The notes beneath the pieces were generated by a model. It searched no databases. It was not told where the DNA came from and saw nothing but the letters and a program-made list of their open reading frames with translations. From positions 240,994,001-241,058,000 of the forward strand of contig OZ024741.1 in the NCBI GenBank assembly GCA_964016885.1: 64,000 nt of DNA. Reading direction: 5' to 3'. How positions within the stretch are numbered: position 1 is the first letter of the stretch; the number at the start of each line of letters is the position of its first letter. Both the position numbers and the translations under genes were made by a program. The stretch comes from Eledone cirrhosa (taxonomy: Eukaryota). Of the stretch, positions 12,853 to 26,030 are shown piece after piece.

Positions 12853-13150
12853 TATCATCATCATCATCACTTAACATCTGCTTTCCCTGCTAGCAAGGGT
12901 TAGACGGGTCTGCATAGATGAAGTCAGTACTGAAGCAGGGCTACTAACCTTCCAGACAGATCTATATCTTCCTTACATACAGTCATATCGAATACAGAGG
13001 AGTTGTCATATCTTTTGACACAAACTGAAAGGTCTTCTTAACCCTTTGTTTGACAAGCTTTCTATGGCGGGATGCTCTTCCTAACACCAACCACTTTATA
13101 GTGTGTACTTGGTGGTTTTATTGTGTAGATTACCAGCACTAGGGAGACTG
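12853..13150 (-). mobile_element. Diverged RTE-type 3' UTR/tail fragment
   Basis: (CAT)n tail, tgctagcaagggttagacggg and ggatgctcttcctaacaccaacc motifs shared with SINE-B and RTE ends. Confidence 0.65.
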
Positions 13151-13196
13151 TCATGTGTGTGTGTGTGTAAATATGTATATATATATATACATATAT

Positions 13197-13318
<122 letters not shown>

Positions 13319-13351
13319 AAGAAATTAAAAGATGGTTAAAAAAGTTCCATA

Positions 13352-13421
13352 TATTTTATTATGCGCATTTCGAAAACAACATCATCCTGGGACAACAATT
13401 GTGTTCTCATCAGATAAAATA
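13352..13421 (-). ncRNA. Type-I hammerhead ribozyme motif (PLE pLTR-type), intact core
   Basis: Minus reads uauuuuau CUGAUGA gaacacaa...uuguuuuc GAAA ugcgca UA auaaaaua: 8-bp stem I, stem II, palindromic stem III. Confidence 0.8.
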
Positions 13422-14276
13422 AGGTAACATGATATGAGGCCTAAAAACACTTGTGAACAAGAAAGTGTCCAGTCTACATATGACAAAAAAAAAAAAATAT
13501 ATATATATATATATACACACACACATGTGACAGCCTCCCTATATATATATATATCCATTTTAGTCGTAGATATATATATATACACTTTTAGTCATAGATA
13601 TATATATATATATATCCCTTGCAAGCAGACGCAAAATGATGATGATCCACTTTTAGTCATAGATATATTCCTGAAACTGGTTTGAGAGATTAATGACGTC
13701 TGAATAAATATTTTGATTACCTAATTCAAAACTTGGAGAATGACCATCCTCTATGTTCAAATGATTCCACTATTATGTCACCGAATTCCTTCAGTTGACA
13801 AGAGACATCAAAGTTAGCTAGTTTGATCAGAGTTCAGGGGACGAATAATCTGCTGAGGATGATGTATCTAATCTCAGTTGCTTACACAATTGATGTTAAT
13901 GTGCAGTTGTAATTGAATCTGCACATACAGATGATTAGAAACCACTATGGTCCAGGTAAATATGTTTTTCCCTGGGTATTTGTTGTTATTGTTGTCTTCT
14001 ATATAGGGTAAACACACAACCAACATGGATTGCGTGCATTCATTTCTTTATAAATCTAATGAGTTGCCACTCTGCAACAAAGGATTCATTTCTTGTATCA
14101 TTGTGCTGCCTTTGTGCATGTGTGACTTTGATGAATTTCCTTATATATATATATATATATATGATATGTAGATTCCTGAGTTGTGTGGTGGGGGAGGGGG
14201 GATCAATGGTTAAAAATGGTATTCAATACATTGGTAGAGTATAGGCATTTTTTATTTTTTTATTTTATATAAAAAT

Positions 14277-14329
14277 GATTTCTACGGGACTAGAACTGTT
14301 TCATTCATATGAAATGATCAGGAAAGTCA
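14277..14329 (-). ncRNA. Degenerate hammerhead motif (G8>C)
   Basis: uuuc CUGAUCA uuucauaugaau GAAA cag...ccg UA gaaa; related decayed copy near 57200-57258. Confidence 0.45.
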
Positions 14330-15982
14330 GATAATGCCCTAATTTATATAAATTTATATAAAAGACAACATAAAGCCAGATTACAACTATTCTTTTAAAG
14401 TTGCAAAATCCCAATACGTATTTCTATGGCCTAGTTACATCATCAGATTATAGTGTAAGACTTTGATGATGTCATCAGGTGTAAATTGCAAAGATTGACT
14501 AATCAATTACAGGATGACACAAAACATAAACAGAGAATAAACTTGATTTGGAGATGGCCCACAATTTGACGTTATTGTTGTAACAAACCACCTATATATG
14601 TATATATACCAATCAAATTTCCTTCATAAAACATTGAACAACCAAACCTACTTATTCATGGTTTCATGGTACCATACATTGTATTTGAAATATGAACACT
14701 AATGACTTGAAAACAAACTGAAATTCTTAACCACACAACCATAAAACATTTCTACCATAGTAGTACAAATTTCTCATATTAACTCTTTGTGTACCTGTCA
14801 GGTGCGTTGCCAGTTTTCAGTGTTCAGGTATGGGTGGGTTGGGGCCTCAGAACATTGTGTTGGACACTATTTCCCAATAATTCTAAGGTGGTGTTTCAAA
14901 ATAAGCATAGCACTGTAAATATTTCTAAACCTGGAGTGCACCATGGAAAAGTAGGGTAACAGTGTTATCCAGGGCACTCCCTTCCTTGGTATAGGCATGG
15001 TGTCAGTGCCGTTTCTTTTTGTTGTTTTTTTTAGTATTTTGTTGCTCCAGCACAGGCTTATACGTTAGTTTTTGAAATTTTTAATAAATTATCACAAATA
15101 TAAGAGATATTTTTATAAAATTAGTTTTATCTAATGTCTGGATTTCACAAACTAAACTAAAATGTACAAGTTTGTCTTTGGCACACATCGGTTGGGAGGT
15201 AAAGGACATAGCAGGACATTTTGGGCTGTCAAAAGGTTTAAAGATGTGGTGGTGTTTGTGGCCAGGTATTTGGCTACTTCATTTAGCAGGTCAAGCAGCT
15301 ACATAAAAAGTCCATCACTAAACTCATGTAATTTCTATCTTCTAGACAACTGAGGGGAGGTAGCAGTGGTGGGGTAAGTGGGGTGGTAGCTTGTGCTATA
15401 TTTGTTATTAAGAAAGGATTTTATGTTATTAAGCCAATAGATTGGCTACAAAAGACACCCCCCTCCCCCCAGCTACGACCAACACCACAAAAACACCTTC
15501 CACTTCCACCATCACTACCACCACCACTGCCACAACCATTATATAGCGATATTGGCTCCAATATTTAATGTAACAATGAATCATCGTTCCTACCGGCTTC
15601 TATAGAAAGTATTTCTTCTTGGCCTGCAAGTCTTTCTGACCTGATTTATTACCCATTGGTGGACATCTTAGAAGGGGGAAATAGAGGGGTGGAGTGAGGG
15701 AGGGAAAGGAGAGAGTGAGAGAAGAAGAGAGAGGGGGAGGGAGGGAAAGTGTGAGAGAAGAGGAAGAGAGAGGGGGAGGGGGAGAAAGGAGAGAGTGAAA
15801 GAAGAGGAAGAGAGAGAGAGAAAGAGAGAGGATTGAGAAAAGTGAGAATGAGATAAGAGGAAGAGAGAGAGGTGAGGATGAAGGAAAGAAGAGAGTGAGA
15901 AAGAGAAAGTGAGAGAGAGAATGGCAACTATTGTTTGGTAACAAAATCTTAAACAGATGCCACCGCGTGCGCGCGTGCGCGC

Positions 15983-16019
<37 letters not shown>

Positions 16020-16288
16020 TGTGTGTCTGTGTGTGTGTGTGACTCTTTTCTTTTTCTTTTTCTATATTACTGTAGAATTCCATGTCACATCAGTCCTTAC
16101 TTGTAAGACTGACTACAAAACAGTAACAACTACAACAGTCATAACTATAACAACTGTAACATCAACAGCAACTACAACAGTCATAACTATAACAACAACA
16201 ACAGCCACAAGTATAACAACAACAACAACTGTAACAACCATAACATACAATATCAACAACTATTACTCTAACAACCGCAACAACTATA

Positions 16289-16467
16289 ATAATTGTTTCT
16301 ACCTTTGGCACAAGGCCAGAAATTATCCCAGTATTTTACTGGTACTTTATTTTATCGACCCCGTAAGGATGAAAGGCAAAGTTAACCTCGGCGGGATTTG
16401 AACTCAATCCGTAAAGGGACGTAACTGTGCTGCGACGCATGGCATCCAACCCTCTACTGATACTGCC

Positions 16468-16468
<1 letters not shown>
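16289..16468 (-). mobile_element. SINE family A
   Basis: Full body with B box and tail. Confidence 0.9.
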
Positions 16469-16495
<27 letters not shown>

Positions 16496-16498
<3 letters not shown>

Positions 16499-17010
16499 TG
16501 CTTTCTTTATTAACCACAAGGGTTTACACAAAGTAGACATTAAGGACAGTACAGGACAATACAGGACAGTACAGATGGGGATTTCTGCGTGTAAAAAACA
16601 AAAAAAAACAGAGGATGTAATAGAACAATGAAAAAATTCCCCAATAGGGAGGAGACTTCAGAGGGCCATCATGGAGAAAGCCCGTTAAAAAAGCCACGGT
16701 GACCTTGACCACCAGGGCAATTGTCCTCTCCCAGTTTTCCACCTTCAATTTACAGACACATACTCAGAGTAGGTCCATTCACTCGGGCCATTCTTGCTTC
16801 TCTCACCCCTCTTTCAACAAAAAGCTGAGAAGAGAGCACTTCCCTCTCTACCCTGATTTTCCTTTACAAATGAAATTGGAAAAAGTTAATCAGGGCATCA
16901 CCGAAGAGGTAAGTGCTCGTCTTCAGCCCTTTCAAACGTGTCCACCATACTATCTCTTTCGCCATGGCCACCAGACAGATAAAAACTGCCTGCCCTTCCC
17001 GGCTAAAGGA
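16496..17010 (-). mobile_element. 3' fragment of an L1/Tx1-type LINE (ORF2 C-terminus plus 3' UTR) inside a (TAA)n tract
   Basis: Minus frame FICLVAMAKEIVWWTRLKGL...FFQFHL*RKIRVERE...CL* resembles the AK..IW..R C-terminal block of L1/Tx1 ORF2; aataaa near end; (AAT)n on both sides. Confidence 0.65.
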
Positions 17011-17019
17011 TAATAATAA

Positions 17020-17143
17020 TAATAATTGTTTCTACTTTTGGCACAAGGTCAGCAATTATCCAGTGCATTACTGGTACTTTATTTTATCGACCCCATAAGG
17101 ATGAAAGGCAAAGTTGGCCTCGGCGGGATTTGAACTCAGAATG
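17020..17143 (-). mobile_element. SINE family A, 5'-truncated
   Basis: Body and B box match family consensus seen in window. Confidence 0.85.
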
Positions 17144-17417
17144 GAATAATAATAATAATAACAGTAATTGAAAATATTACTATAAATAAAACAATCACAA
17201 CATACAACGACAACAATAACAGCAACACAACATTAACAATCACTAATAGCACTACCATCACAACCTCCTCAACCACCACCACCACCACCATAACACCATA
17301 GTTTTCACCATGGTAAATTAATTTGAAACATAAAAGATGTAAAGAAAATTGCCCAAAGTATTTTGTTTGTCATCATGATGGATTGGTTTTTAAAATATCA
17401 ATTGGTTTGTATGTGTG

Positions 17418-17464
<47 letters not shown>

Positions 17465-17926
17465 TCATACATATGTATGTATTTGTATATATATATAGTA
17501 TATACATATATTTATGTCTCTCTCTCTTTATATATATATATACAAACACTAAGTCAGTGTGTTGTTGAATATAATCACATTGGACAATGAGTGATCACAG
17601 ACCAACAGTTGTGAAAAGTTGTTGGAAATGAAACTAAGATGAGCATTTGATAATAAGAATTACTGCTGTATTATCTAGTTAATGTGGAGTGTGTGTGTTT
17701 GTGTGTGCATGGGTAAATATGCAGTGTGTTTTTTTTGTGTATTTGTGTAGATATGTAGTGTGTATGTTTGTGTGTAGATGTGTGCTTGGGTAACTTGCTG
17801 TGTTTTGTGTGTAGAAATAGAGTGTGTATGTTATGTTTGTATGTAGATATGTGCATGGGTAGATATGCAGTGTGTTTTGTTTGTATATGTGTATGTATGA
17901 GGTTGTGTAATTCTTTGTGTAGTTAT

Positions 17927-18105
17927 AAATAATTGTTTCTACTTTTGGCACAAGGCCAGCAATTATCCCAGTGTATTACTAGTACTTTTTTTATCGACCC
18001 CGTAAGGATGAAAGGCAAAGTTAACCTCGGCGGGATTTGAACTCAGAATGGCAAGAACCATAACTCTATGCATCAAAGCATGGCGTCTGACCCTCTACCA
18101 ATACT
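17927..18105 (-). mobile_element. SINE family A
   Basis: Body, B box, head. Confidence 0.9.
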
Positions 18106-18329
18106 AATGTGTACATTTATATAAGCATATATGTATGTATATGTTTATTTGTGTAAGTTTCTTTGTGTATGTGTATAAATGTATAGGATGCAAGCATGCT
18201 TGCCTTTAAGAAGTTTGCTTTGCAACCATTTAGTTTTGTGCCAAGTCTTATAATATATCTTGTAAATGAAATATGTTAGACAGAAACTGTGTGGATGCCT
18301 GTCATATATATGTATGCATCTATCAACAT

Positions 18330-19010
18330 CATCATCATCACCATGTTTGTTTCCATGGTTGCATGAGTTAGATGTGTCTTCTCTAATACATCATCTTTCT
18401 ATTTGTTTCTTTACTTTGTCTTCTCTGAGGTGTAGTCTCTTGAAAGTCAGATTTTTTTCTACCTGTACTTATGATCATCATCCATTACATGTCCATATTA
18501 GTGTAATCTTCTCTCCTGCACGCAACATCAGATTCCTCTTATCCTTAGCTCATTCGTGCTACTTTCATTGATGCACTAATATTGCACATTCATCAGAGCA
18601 TACTCACTTTGTTTCTCTTTAGAATTCATACATCTTCTATGGTTATTGCCCATGTCTCACTACCATACACCATAGCACTTCTCAAACAGGCATTATACAA
18701 TCTACCCTTCCCTCAGAGAGAGAACCCCTTTGTTGCCAACAGAAGTAGTAGTTTCCTAAACTATTTCAACCCTGTTTTTATTCCAGCAACTATATTCTCA
18801 GAGAAACCACATCCTCTACTAAGTACATCACTCAGGTAACAGGCGCTATCAACTACTTCTATGGAGCCTTTGCCATATTAGAAAAAAATTATTTTACTAG
18901 TGCTTTTATGACTAATTACCACTGTACATCTGCCAATATAAAGTCTACCTTTTCTGTTTGCAGTCCTGCTACACGTCTTGTGTACCAATACAGAAAGGCC
19001 TTCTCCAACA
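18330..19010 (-). mobile_element. Decayed RTE LINE 3' region
   Basis: Minus translation contains KGRLYNACLRSAMVYGSETWA and SML*W-like blocks; homologous to 22672-23814; (GAT)n tail at left. Confidence 0.8.
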
Positions 19011-19227
19011 TTCTCCAAAGTTTCCTTCAGACTTCTTTCACAATGGATAGTATATCCCAAATATAGGGACCAATACATATTTCCAAAGTAACATTATCTC
19101 TAGTTCTTTATTTATCCTTTTCTCTTCTACTTCTCCCCCACAACTTCATCTTTCTATTTCTTCAACCAAGTTTGTTGCCTGAATATTTACAAGCCCATCT
19201 GCATTGTAGCGGTTTCCTAAACACAAT

Positions 19228-19273
<46 letters not shown>

Positions 19274-19378
19274 ACACACACACACACACACACATAAATA
19301 TATATATATATATATATATATAATTAGGAGATGAAGCAAGTTGAATAGAATGGACATAGCTTCAAACGTTTCATCATT

Positions 19379-19428
<50 letters not shown>

Positions 19429-20057
19429 TATATGTAGATATATATATATATAATGCATAGGCAGTGTTGTGCAAAACCTACATACAGCATCTCTGTGTGT
19501 CTAAGTCCGCTTCTAGCCCCAACACAGCCACCACCCAACACTATACTCTTATATATTACATCTTTATTATTGCTTCAAACACCAACAATATTTTCCAAGG
19601 TCCCAAAAGGTAGAGGTAGGGAGTGGGTGTACAAGATCAAAGAGTGATTTTGGGATCTACTTCAGCTCTGTATCTCACTGATCAATTATTATCAATACTA
19701 CCGATCTACCCCCCCCCCCTCCCAACCATACATACAGTCACTACCACTAGTGGTATCCTCACACCCCTACCACACCCTTGTTGCTCACTTTATCATATCT
19801 CTGGCGAACATGGTTTATGTGTTAAGACATGGCTAGAGTGTTGGGAAGAGGTTGGCTGTGAAACAGAAGGAGGAATAAGAGCACAAGAGAGAGAGAGAGA
19901 AAGAAAAACGAGCGTATGTGTGTGTGAGTCCACACACACACAGACACACACACACACACATATATATATATACATAGCTCTGCTCCAGCCTGGTTTTAGC
20001 TCTGATGGCTAAATCAAACTAACGAACTCAAGAACGATGTAAATGTTATCATTATTG

Positions 20058-20420
20058 CTAGAGCATTGGACAATCTACTTTACAGCATAGAGTTTCGGCC
20101 CTTTACGTTCTGAGTTCAAATCCTGCCAAAGTTAACTTTGCCTTTCATCCTTACGGGGTCGATAAAATAAAGCACCAGTACTACACTGGGATAATTGCTG
20201 GCCTTGTGCCAAAAGTAGAAACACTTATTATTGGTGAATTGGCAGTATCGGTAGAGGGTTGGACGCCATGCTTTCTAGCATTGATACGTCCTTTTATGGT
20301 CTGAGTTCAAATCCCGTCGAGGTTAACTTTGCCTTTAATCCTTACGGGGTCGATAAATAAAGTACCAGTAATACACTGGGATAATTGCTGGCCTTGTGCC
20401 AAACGTAGAAACAATTATTA
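20058..20420 (+). mobile_element. Tandem dimer of SINE family A
   Basis: Two consecutive bodies, each with gagttcaaatcc and gtagaaaca tail. Confidence 0.9.
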
Positions 20421-20423
20421 GTT

Positions 20424-20456
<33 letters not shown>

Positions 20457-20574
20457 TGGTGCTGCCAATGTCTGTACATATGTTCTGGTCCTCTGGCTTT
20501 TTGTTAGTTCATTTATCAATTATAGAGGTTATTTGGACATGAAAGGTGTTAGCCCATAGCCTGTGGTGGTTGCT

Positions 20575-20972
20575 GCTGATAATGATGATAATAATCTGGA
20601 TGATGGTGATGATAACAAGAATGATGATTATGATACTGATCACGATAACAAAGGTGATGATGATGATGATGATTACAAAGGTGATGATGTTGATGATGAT
20701 GATGGCAACAACAACAATGATGCTGATGATGATGATGATGAGGATGATGATACTGATCACGATAACAAAGGTGATGATGATGATGATCATTACAAAGGTG
20801 ATGATGTTGATGATGATGATGGCAACAACAACAACGATGATGCTGATGATGCTGATGATGCTGATGATGATGATACTGATAACGATAACAAAGGTGATGA
20901 TGTTGATGATGATGATCATGGTAATGATAACAAAGGTGATGATGATGATGATAAAGAAGGTGATGATGATGT
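20575..20972. repeat. (GAT)n-based repeat with ~120-bp higher-order unit
   Basis: Block gatactgatcacgataacaaaggtgat...ggcaacaacaac recurs at ~120-bp spacing (2-3 copies). Confidence 0.9.
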
Positions 20973-21777
20973 TGAAGAAGCAACTTACAATGTGCTGTTA
21001 GTTCATTATCGTACAGCTATCTAAGGACTACTGATGTGGACATGTCAGTAAATACATCATATTATCTCAGATTCAGATAATAATATTGTCAACTCAGAAA
21101 ATGGTGGTGATGGTGGGGTGTGGAGCGGTCAAAAGGAAAAAAAAAAAAAAAAAAAGCAGAAAAAACAGTAACAAAAACAAAAATGTATTTTTGTCTCCTT
21201 TTTAAAAATCCAACAATTCCATAATGGCTATTGACAATTCTTCCCATGTTCTTCAGCCATAATTTGCTGAACATCTTTTAAGAAAGAGTTTGATGAAATA
21301 TCTCTAGGAAATTGTCTAATTTCCTCGAAGTCTTGACCTTTCTCTCAGATGTGACCCTTCACACAAAAATCCATTAACATGTGACCACCGACCAGGAAGA
21401 ATTTTCTAGAATATAATGTAACAGAACTCAGCTTGAGCAACTTACTTCACAGATTGGTTGTGACAAGATGGAGACAGCTAGGTGCTATTGTCATGGTAAC
21501 AGTTAGTGTTAGAACTACAGCTCTATACTTGAGTGAGTGTGGTGTATATATCCTGCTATATAATGTAGCATGTAGAGTGTTGTAGATGTTTTTGAGATCC
21601 CTGGTTCAGTTTATTTTTTAGGTTGGTAGACTTAATCTATCACATGGATTAACACCACCGCCACTACCACCACCTTTCTCCACCCTTACCACCCCGGGTC
21701 TTCAATTTGAGGAGACTTTCCTTTTTCCTTCCCACCACAAGTGTGGGAGGTGCATTGATGCTGCCCTTCCTCCTTAA

Positions 21778-22026
21778 CCCTTTTGATACCAAACTGCCTG
21801 GAATGACCCCTGGTTCCATGATACAAAACTATTTATCTTAATGTGTTTATATTTACTTAAAACTCTTTCATAATTTTATGTAAGAATCTTGTTTAAGTTA
21901 CGCTCCAATCCTCCATTGTGATAATAAGAAAGTTATATTATTAAATGCCTTCAAATTCTTGATTAATTTCTAATTATTTGAAAGTTGTAGGTAGTATCTT
22001 TCATTAGAAATATGGTAACAAAAGGG
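21778..22026. mobile_element. piggyBac-like MITE, second family
   Basis: TTAA on both sides; TIR cccttttgatacca / tggtaacaaaaggg. Confidence 0.8.
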
Positions 22027-22186
22027 TTAAGCAATTAAACCAAACAAAAATTTAAAAAAAGTCAATGTTAGCTGTTAACACCATTTCAAAAGAGAGAATT
22101 TTCAAACACGTCTCTATCTTTTAAACGAGCACTTTTTTTTTATATATATGAAACTAAAATATTATATACATATATATATTGTTATT

Positions 22187-22372
22187 TGGATTGACAGTAT
22201 CGGTAGAGGGGTGGACGCCATGCTTTGCAGCAAAGAGTTACGGCCCTTTATGGTCTGAGTTCAAATCCCCCTGAGGTTAATTTTGCCTTTCATCCTTACG
22301 GGGTCGATAAAACAAAGTACCAGTAATACAGTGGGACAATTGTTGGCCTTGTGCCAAAAGTAGAAACAATTA
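22187..22372 (+). mobile_element. SINE family A
   Basis: Head, B box, body, tail. Confidence 0.9.
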
Positions 22373-22597
22373 TATATATACATATGATAGAAATAGAAGC
22401 TTTCGCTGTGTTTTTTGACTAAAGAAATTTTAGCTTGATTTAGAACTCTCCAAAAAATGGAAACTCATCTTTTTCCACTTCTGGGAGGGTTCTAAGCCCC
22501 AGTATCAAGTTAAAATTACTTTAGTAAAAAATTATGGTGAAACCTTCTATTACTATTTCAAACTCACTCACTGTTTCAAAACAAACTTACTTGTTTT

Positions 22598-22671
<74 letters not shown>

Positions 22672-22675
<4 letters not shown>

Positions 22676-23814
22676 GCTAATGATCTAATGCTTATAGCTG
22701 AATCAATGGCTGAACTAGAGAAGAAATTCCAAACATGGAAGGAAGGCCTAGAATCAAAAAGCCTTAAAATTAACCTGTCTAAGACTAAAGTTCTAGTATG
22801 TAGGAAGGAAAATACGGCACTGGTCCCATCTGGGAAATGGCCATACTCAGTGTGTAGGAAATGAGTAGGTAGAAACTCTATTTTATGTCCCAAATGCAAA
22901 GTATGGGTGCATAAAAGATGTAGTGGGATCACAGGTAAGCTAACTAAGAATATGGATTTTATATGTGGCCGGTGCTCAGGTGCAATAAGTAGCAGAAAGT
23001 GCCCACAGAATACTAGCTCATTCCACTGCACAGATGGTTCTATAGAAATAGTGGACACCTTCCGTTACAAAATCAGCAGTGGTGGAGGGTGCTCTGAAAG
23101 TACAGTAGCTAGAGTCAGAACGGGATGGAAAAGGTTCACTATTGGCCGCTAAAGGTTTCTCTCTAAAAATGAAAGGCAGACTGTATGATGCCTGCATATG
23201 AACATTAATGTTACATGGCAGTGAGACTTGGGCATTGTATGCAGAGGATCTACGCAGACTGGAGAGGAACTAAGCTTGCATGCTCCGTTGGATGTTTAAT
23301 AGTAATATACGTGAACGGCAAAGCATAAATCAACTAAGTGAGAAATTAGGAATAAGAGGGATCAGATGCTGTTTACTCGAGAGAAGACTATGTTGGTACG
23401 GTCACGTGATGTGCATGAAAGACGACAGCTGTATAAAAAAGTGCAGGGCGATAAAAATAGACGGTAGCCACGGAGTAGGCAGACCCAGAAAAACCTGGAA
23501 CGACTTGATAAATTCCGACCTCACACACTTACACCTCTCCAAGACAATGTCACTGGACCAAGATCTTTGGTCGTGTAGGTGTCACGACAAAAAAACACAG
23601 TCCACGCTGTAATGTGACCGTGTAGGTAACACGGTAAAAACATCCCAGTCCACACTGTAAACGTGTTAGGAAGGGCATCCAGCCGTAGAAAACCCGCTAG
23701 ACAGTCGTATACGAGTGAGACAACCAATCTTGCCTTAAGTGGGAAAATTCCCGTCCAAACCCATGCTAGCGTGGAAGGTGGACGTTAAACGATGATGATG
23801 ATGATGATGATGAT
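22672..23814 (+). mobile_element. 5'-truncated RTE LINE (from the YADD motif to the 3' tail), disabled
   Basis: ANDLMLIAESMAELEKKFQTWKEGLESKSLKINLSKTKVL (RT domains 5-7), LHGSETW, MLRWM, RLCWYGHV, GRPRKTW; stops and frameshifts; stem-loop plus (GAT)n tail. Confidence 0.92.
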
Positions 23815-23831
23815 ATATATATATATCTATA

Positions 23832-25135
23832 CAGGGTGCAGACCATATTTGTTCGCAAGATTACTGTCTAGGAAAAAATAACAGTAGTTTTATTTTTTAA
23901 GATATATTTATTAAACTTGGGTCAGTTTGTCTTCATGACTTGTTCTTTTGAGCTCACTCGATAAACCCGCCATTGGCTTTGATGACGGCCTCAAGGCGGC
24001 CTCGGAACCGGCTACAGGCTTTTGTCACTGTCCCCCGACTTAGGCCACTAAAGGCACTTGTGATCATGGCCTTCAGATCGTCTTTCGTATTGCAGCTAGA
24101 TCTGTTGGTGTCTCATTCCACTGCGCCCCACACAAAGAAGTCAAGGGGGTTGCAGTCAGGCAAGCTGGGAGGCCAGATGTCAGGTGAAGTGTGGTCGACG
24201 AAGTTCTCTGACAGCCAGGCTTGGGTCTTTCGGCTGGTATGGCAGGGCGCAGACTCTTGCTGTCACACGTACGGCCTACCTGCAACTACCTGGTCAATCC
24301 AGGGCTTTACTACCTCGCTCAGAACGCGGATGTAGCCATCGGTATTCAGCTTGAGACCCTCAGGGAAGAAGTGAGGTGGCATGACGTCACCTTGACTGCT
24401 GACGACACCTAAGACCAATGTTCTCGCTGGAAACTTTGTCTGCATGACTCTGGGCACTTCTTTGGATGAGACAGCGAGCCACCTGTTGTTCTGGGAGTTG
24501 ATCTTCTGGTCTTGGCAGAAGTTTTTCTCGTCAGAGAAAAACCACAGTATGTCTGGCTCCAGTGGGTGTTTCAACTTGTTGATCAGCTTCTTTGTGTGCT
24601 TCAGTCGCTTTTCTTGCATCGCCTTTGACAGAAATTGTCCTTTCCTCATCTTGTATGAAACGTAGCGAATGTCTTCATGTACCACCAACTTAATGAGCTT
24701 TTCATCCACGCCTTTCTCCCTTGCAATGGCACGCATTGACTTGCTAGGTTCATTGTTGATGATATCCTGAACTTCAGCGACGAACTCGAGCGTTCTGAAG
24801 GCGTCAGATCGTCGATCATGTGTTTTCCTCTCTGATGTTGCTTCGTAGTCGAATCCTGAATCTTTCAATTCCTTTCTGACCTTTTCCACCATTCTCCTGC
24901 TGACGTTGAGAAAGTCTGAAATTTCCTTATTTGTTCTCCCGGCGCGGATTCCAAGAAGAACTCCGTGTCTCTTCCACAAATTTGGAGATTCAAAATTATT
25001 CATAATCAATTATTCTGAAAATAAATAATGGAAATATAGTCACTGTTTTTATGAAGACAAGTGTGACAACGGAAGTAAAAAAATTTGCATAAAATTAGCA
25101 GTTGAAAATTGCGAACTAATATCGTCCACACCCTG
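23832..25135 (-). mobile_element. Full-length Tc1/mariner element, DD37D (maT) type, 1304 bp
   Basis: TA at both ends; 27-bp TIRs cagggtgcagaccatatttgttcgcaa / ttgcgaactaatatcgtccacaccctg; transposase inside. Confidence 0.93.
23954..25003 (-). pseudogene. DD37D transposase, 349 codons in one frame with two internal TGA stops
   Basis: N-terminal HTH, FFSDEK, V*QQESAPCH (W>stop at 24263-24265; second D reads E), 37 residues to PDCNPLDFFVWG, second stop at 24113-24115, ends ANGGFIE*. Confidence 0.92.
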
Positions 25136-25219
25136 TATATATATATATATATATAACGAAGGAAGTGTGGTAAGGAACCAGGTCGACCATAACGCACCAG
25201 AGTACTCAATACTTTGACA

Positions 25220-25279
25220 GCAGAGCTCAAGCCGTTTCGACGGCTATTTCTGGAGCCGTTAAACTGGCTTGAGCTCTGC
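25220..25279. repeat. Short GC-rich inverted repeat (hairpin)
   Basis: gcagagctcaagccgtttcgacggct ... agccgttaaactggcttgagctctgc. Confidence 0.85.
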
Positions 25280-25541
25280 CGTTGGGGTCTTGAACATTTT
25301 CCTAAATATATATATAAACGGAAAAAATGAAACGAAATTTCATTTCCCACTCTTAGTACGGCTGTTACTCAAATATAAGTATGTACACGTACATACATAT
25401 ATGTATACAGACGTACAGTAAGTAGTATGTATATATATATACATACATGCACACATATATATATATATATGTACGTATGGATTCACCGAACATTTATTAT
25501 AATGCTCGGTGTGTTTGTAAACAAATATATATATGCTTGTA

Positions 25542-25594
<53 letters not shown>

Positions 25595-25616
25595 ACATAT
25601 TTAATTGGTGTAGAAT

Positions 25617-25803
25617 ATAATTGTTTCTACTTTTAGCACAAGGCCAGCAATTATCCCAGTGTATTACTGGTACTTTATTTTATCGACCCCGTAAGGATGA
25701 AAGGCAAAATTAAACTCGGCGGGATTTGAACTCAGATCATAAATGGCCGTAACTCTTTGCTGCAAAGCATGGCGTCCGACCCTCTACCGATACTGCCAAT
25801 CCA
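25617..25803 (-). mobile_element. SINE family A
   Basis: Full copy. Confidence 0.9.
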
Positions 25804-26030
25804 TCAGTTGTGAATGTTTTTAATTGACTTGCTTGAAGATCATTCAAAGTGCAGAAAACCAGGCAAAGATATCATCTTTAACCATTTCTGAACATTTAAA
25901 AAAACATATCTTTCTTCATGTTTTTACTTCTGATAATAGTTGATAAACAAGAAACTATTTAGACTCAAGGATTTGTATTATATATTATATCTCTTTATAT
26001 TAATCTCTATATTTCTGTATTGAGCACTTA

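Noticed and set aside
20668-20703. FLAG-tag-like DYKGDDVDDDD suggesting a synthetic construct
   Set aside because: Chance product of (GAT)n; not DYKDDDDK and no vector sequence nearby
21486-21500. RFX X-box-like ttgtcatggtaac
   Set aside because: Single imperfect short motif with no supporting promoter context
24113-24265. TGA stops in the transposase rescued by A-to-I editing or selenocysteine
   Set aside because: Both are explained by ordinary TGG>TGA and probable CGA>TGA mutation; a catalytic Asp is also mutated; no SECIS seen
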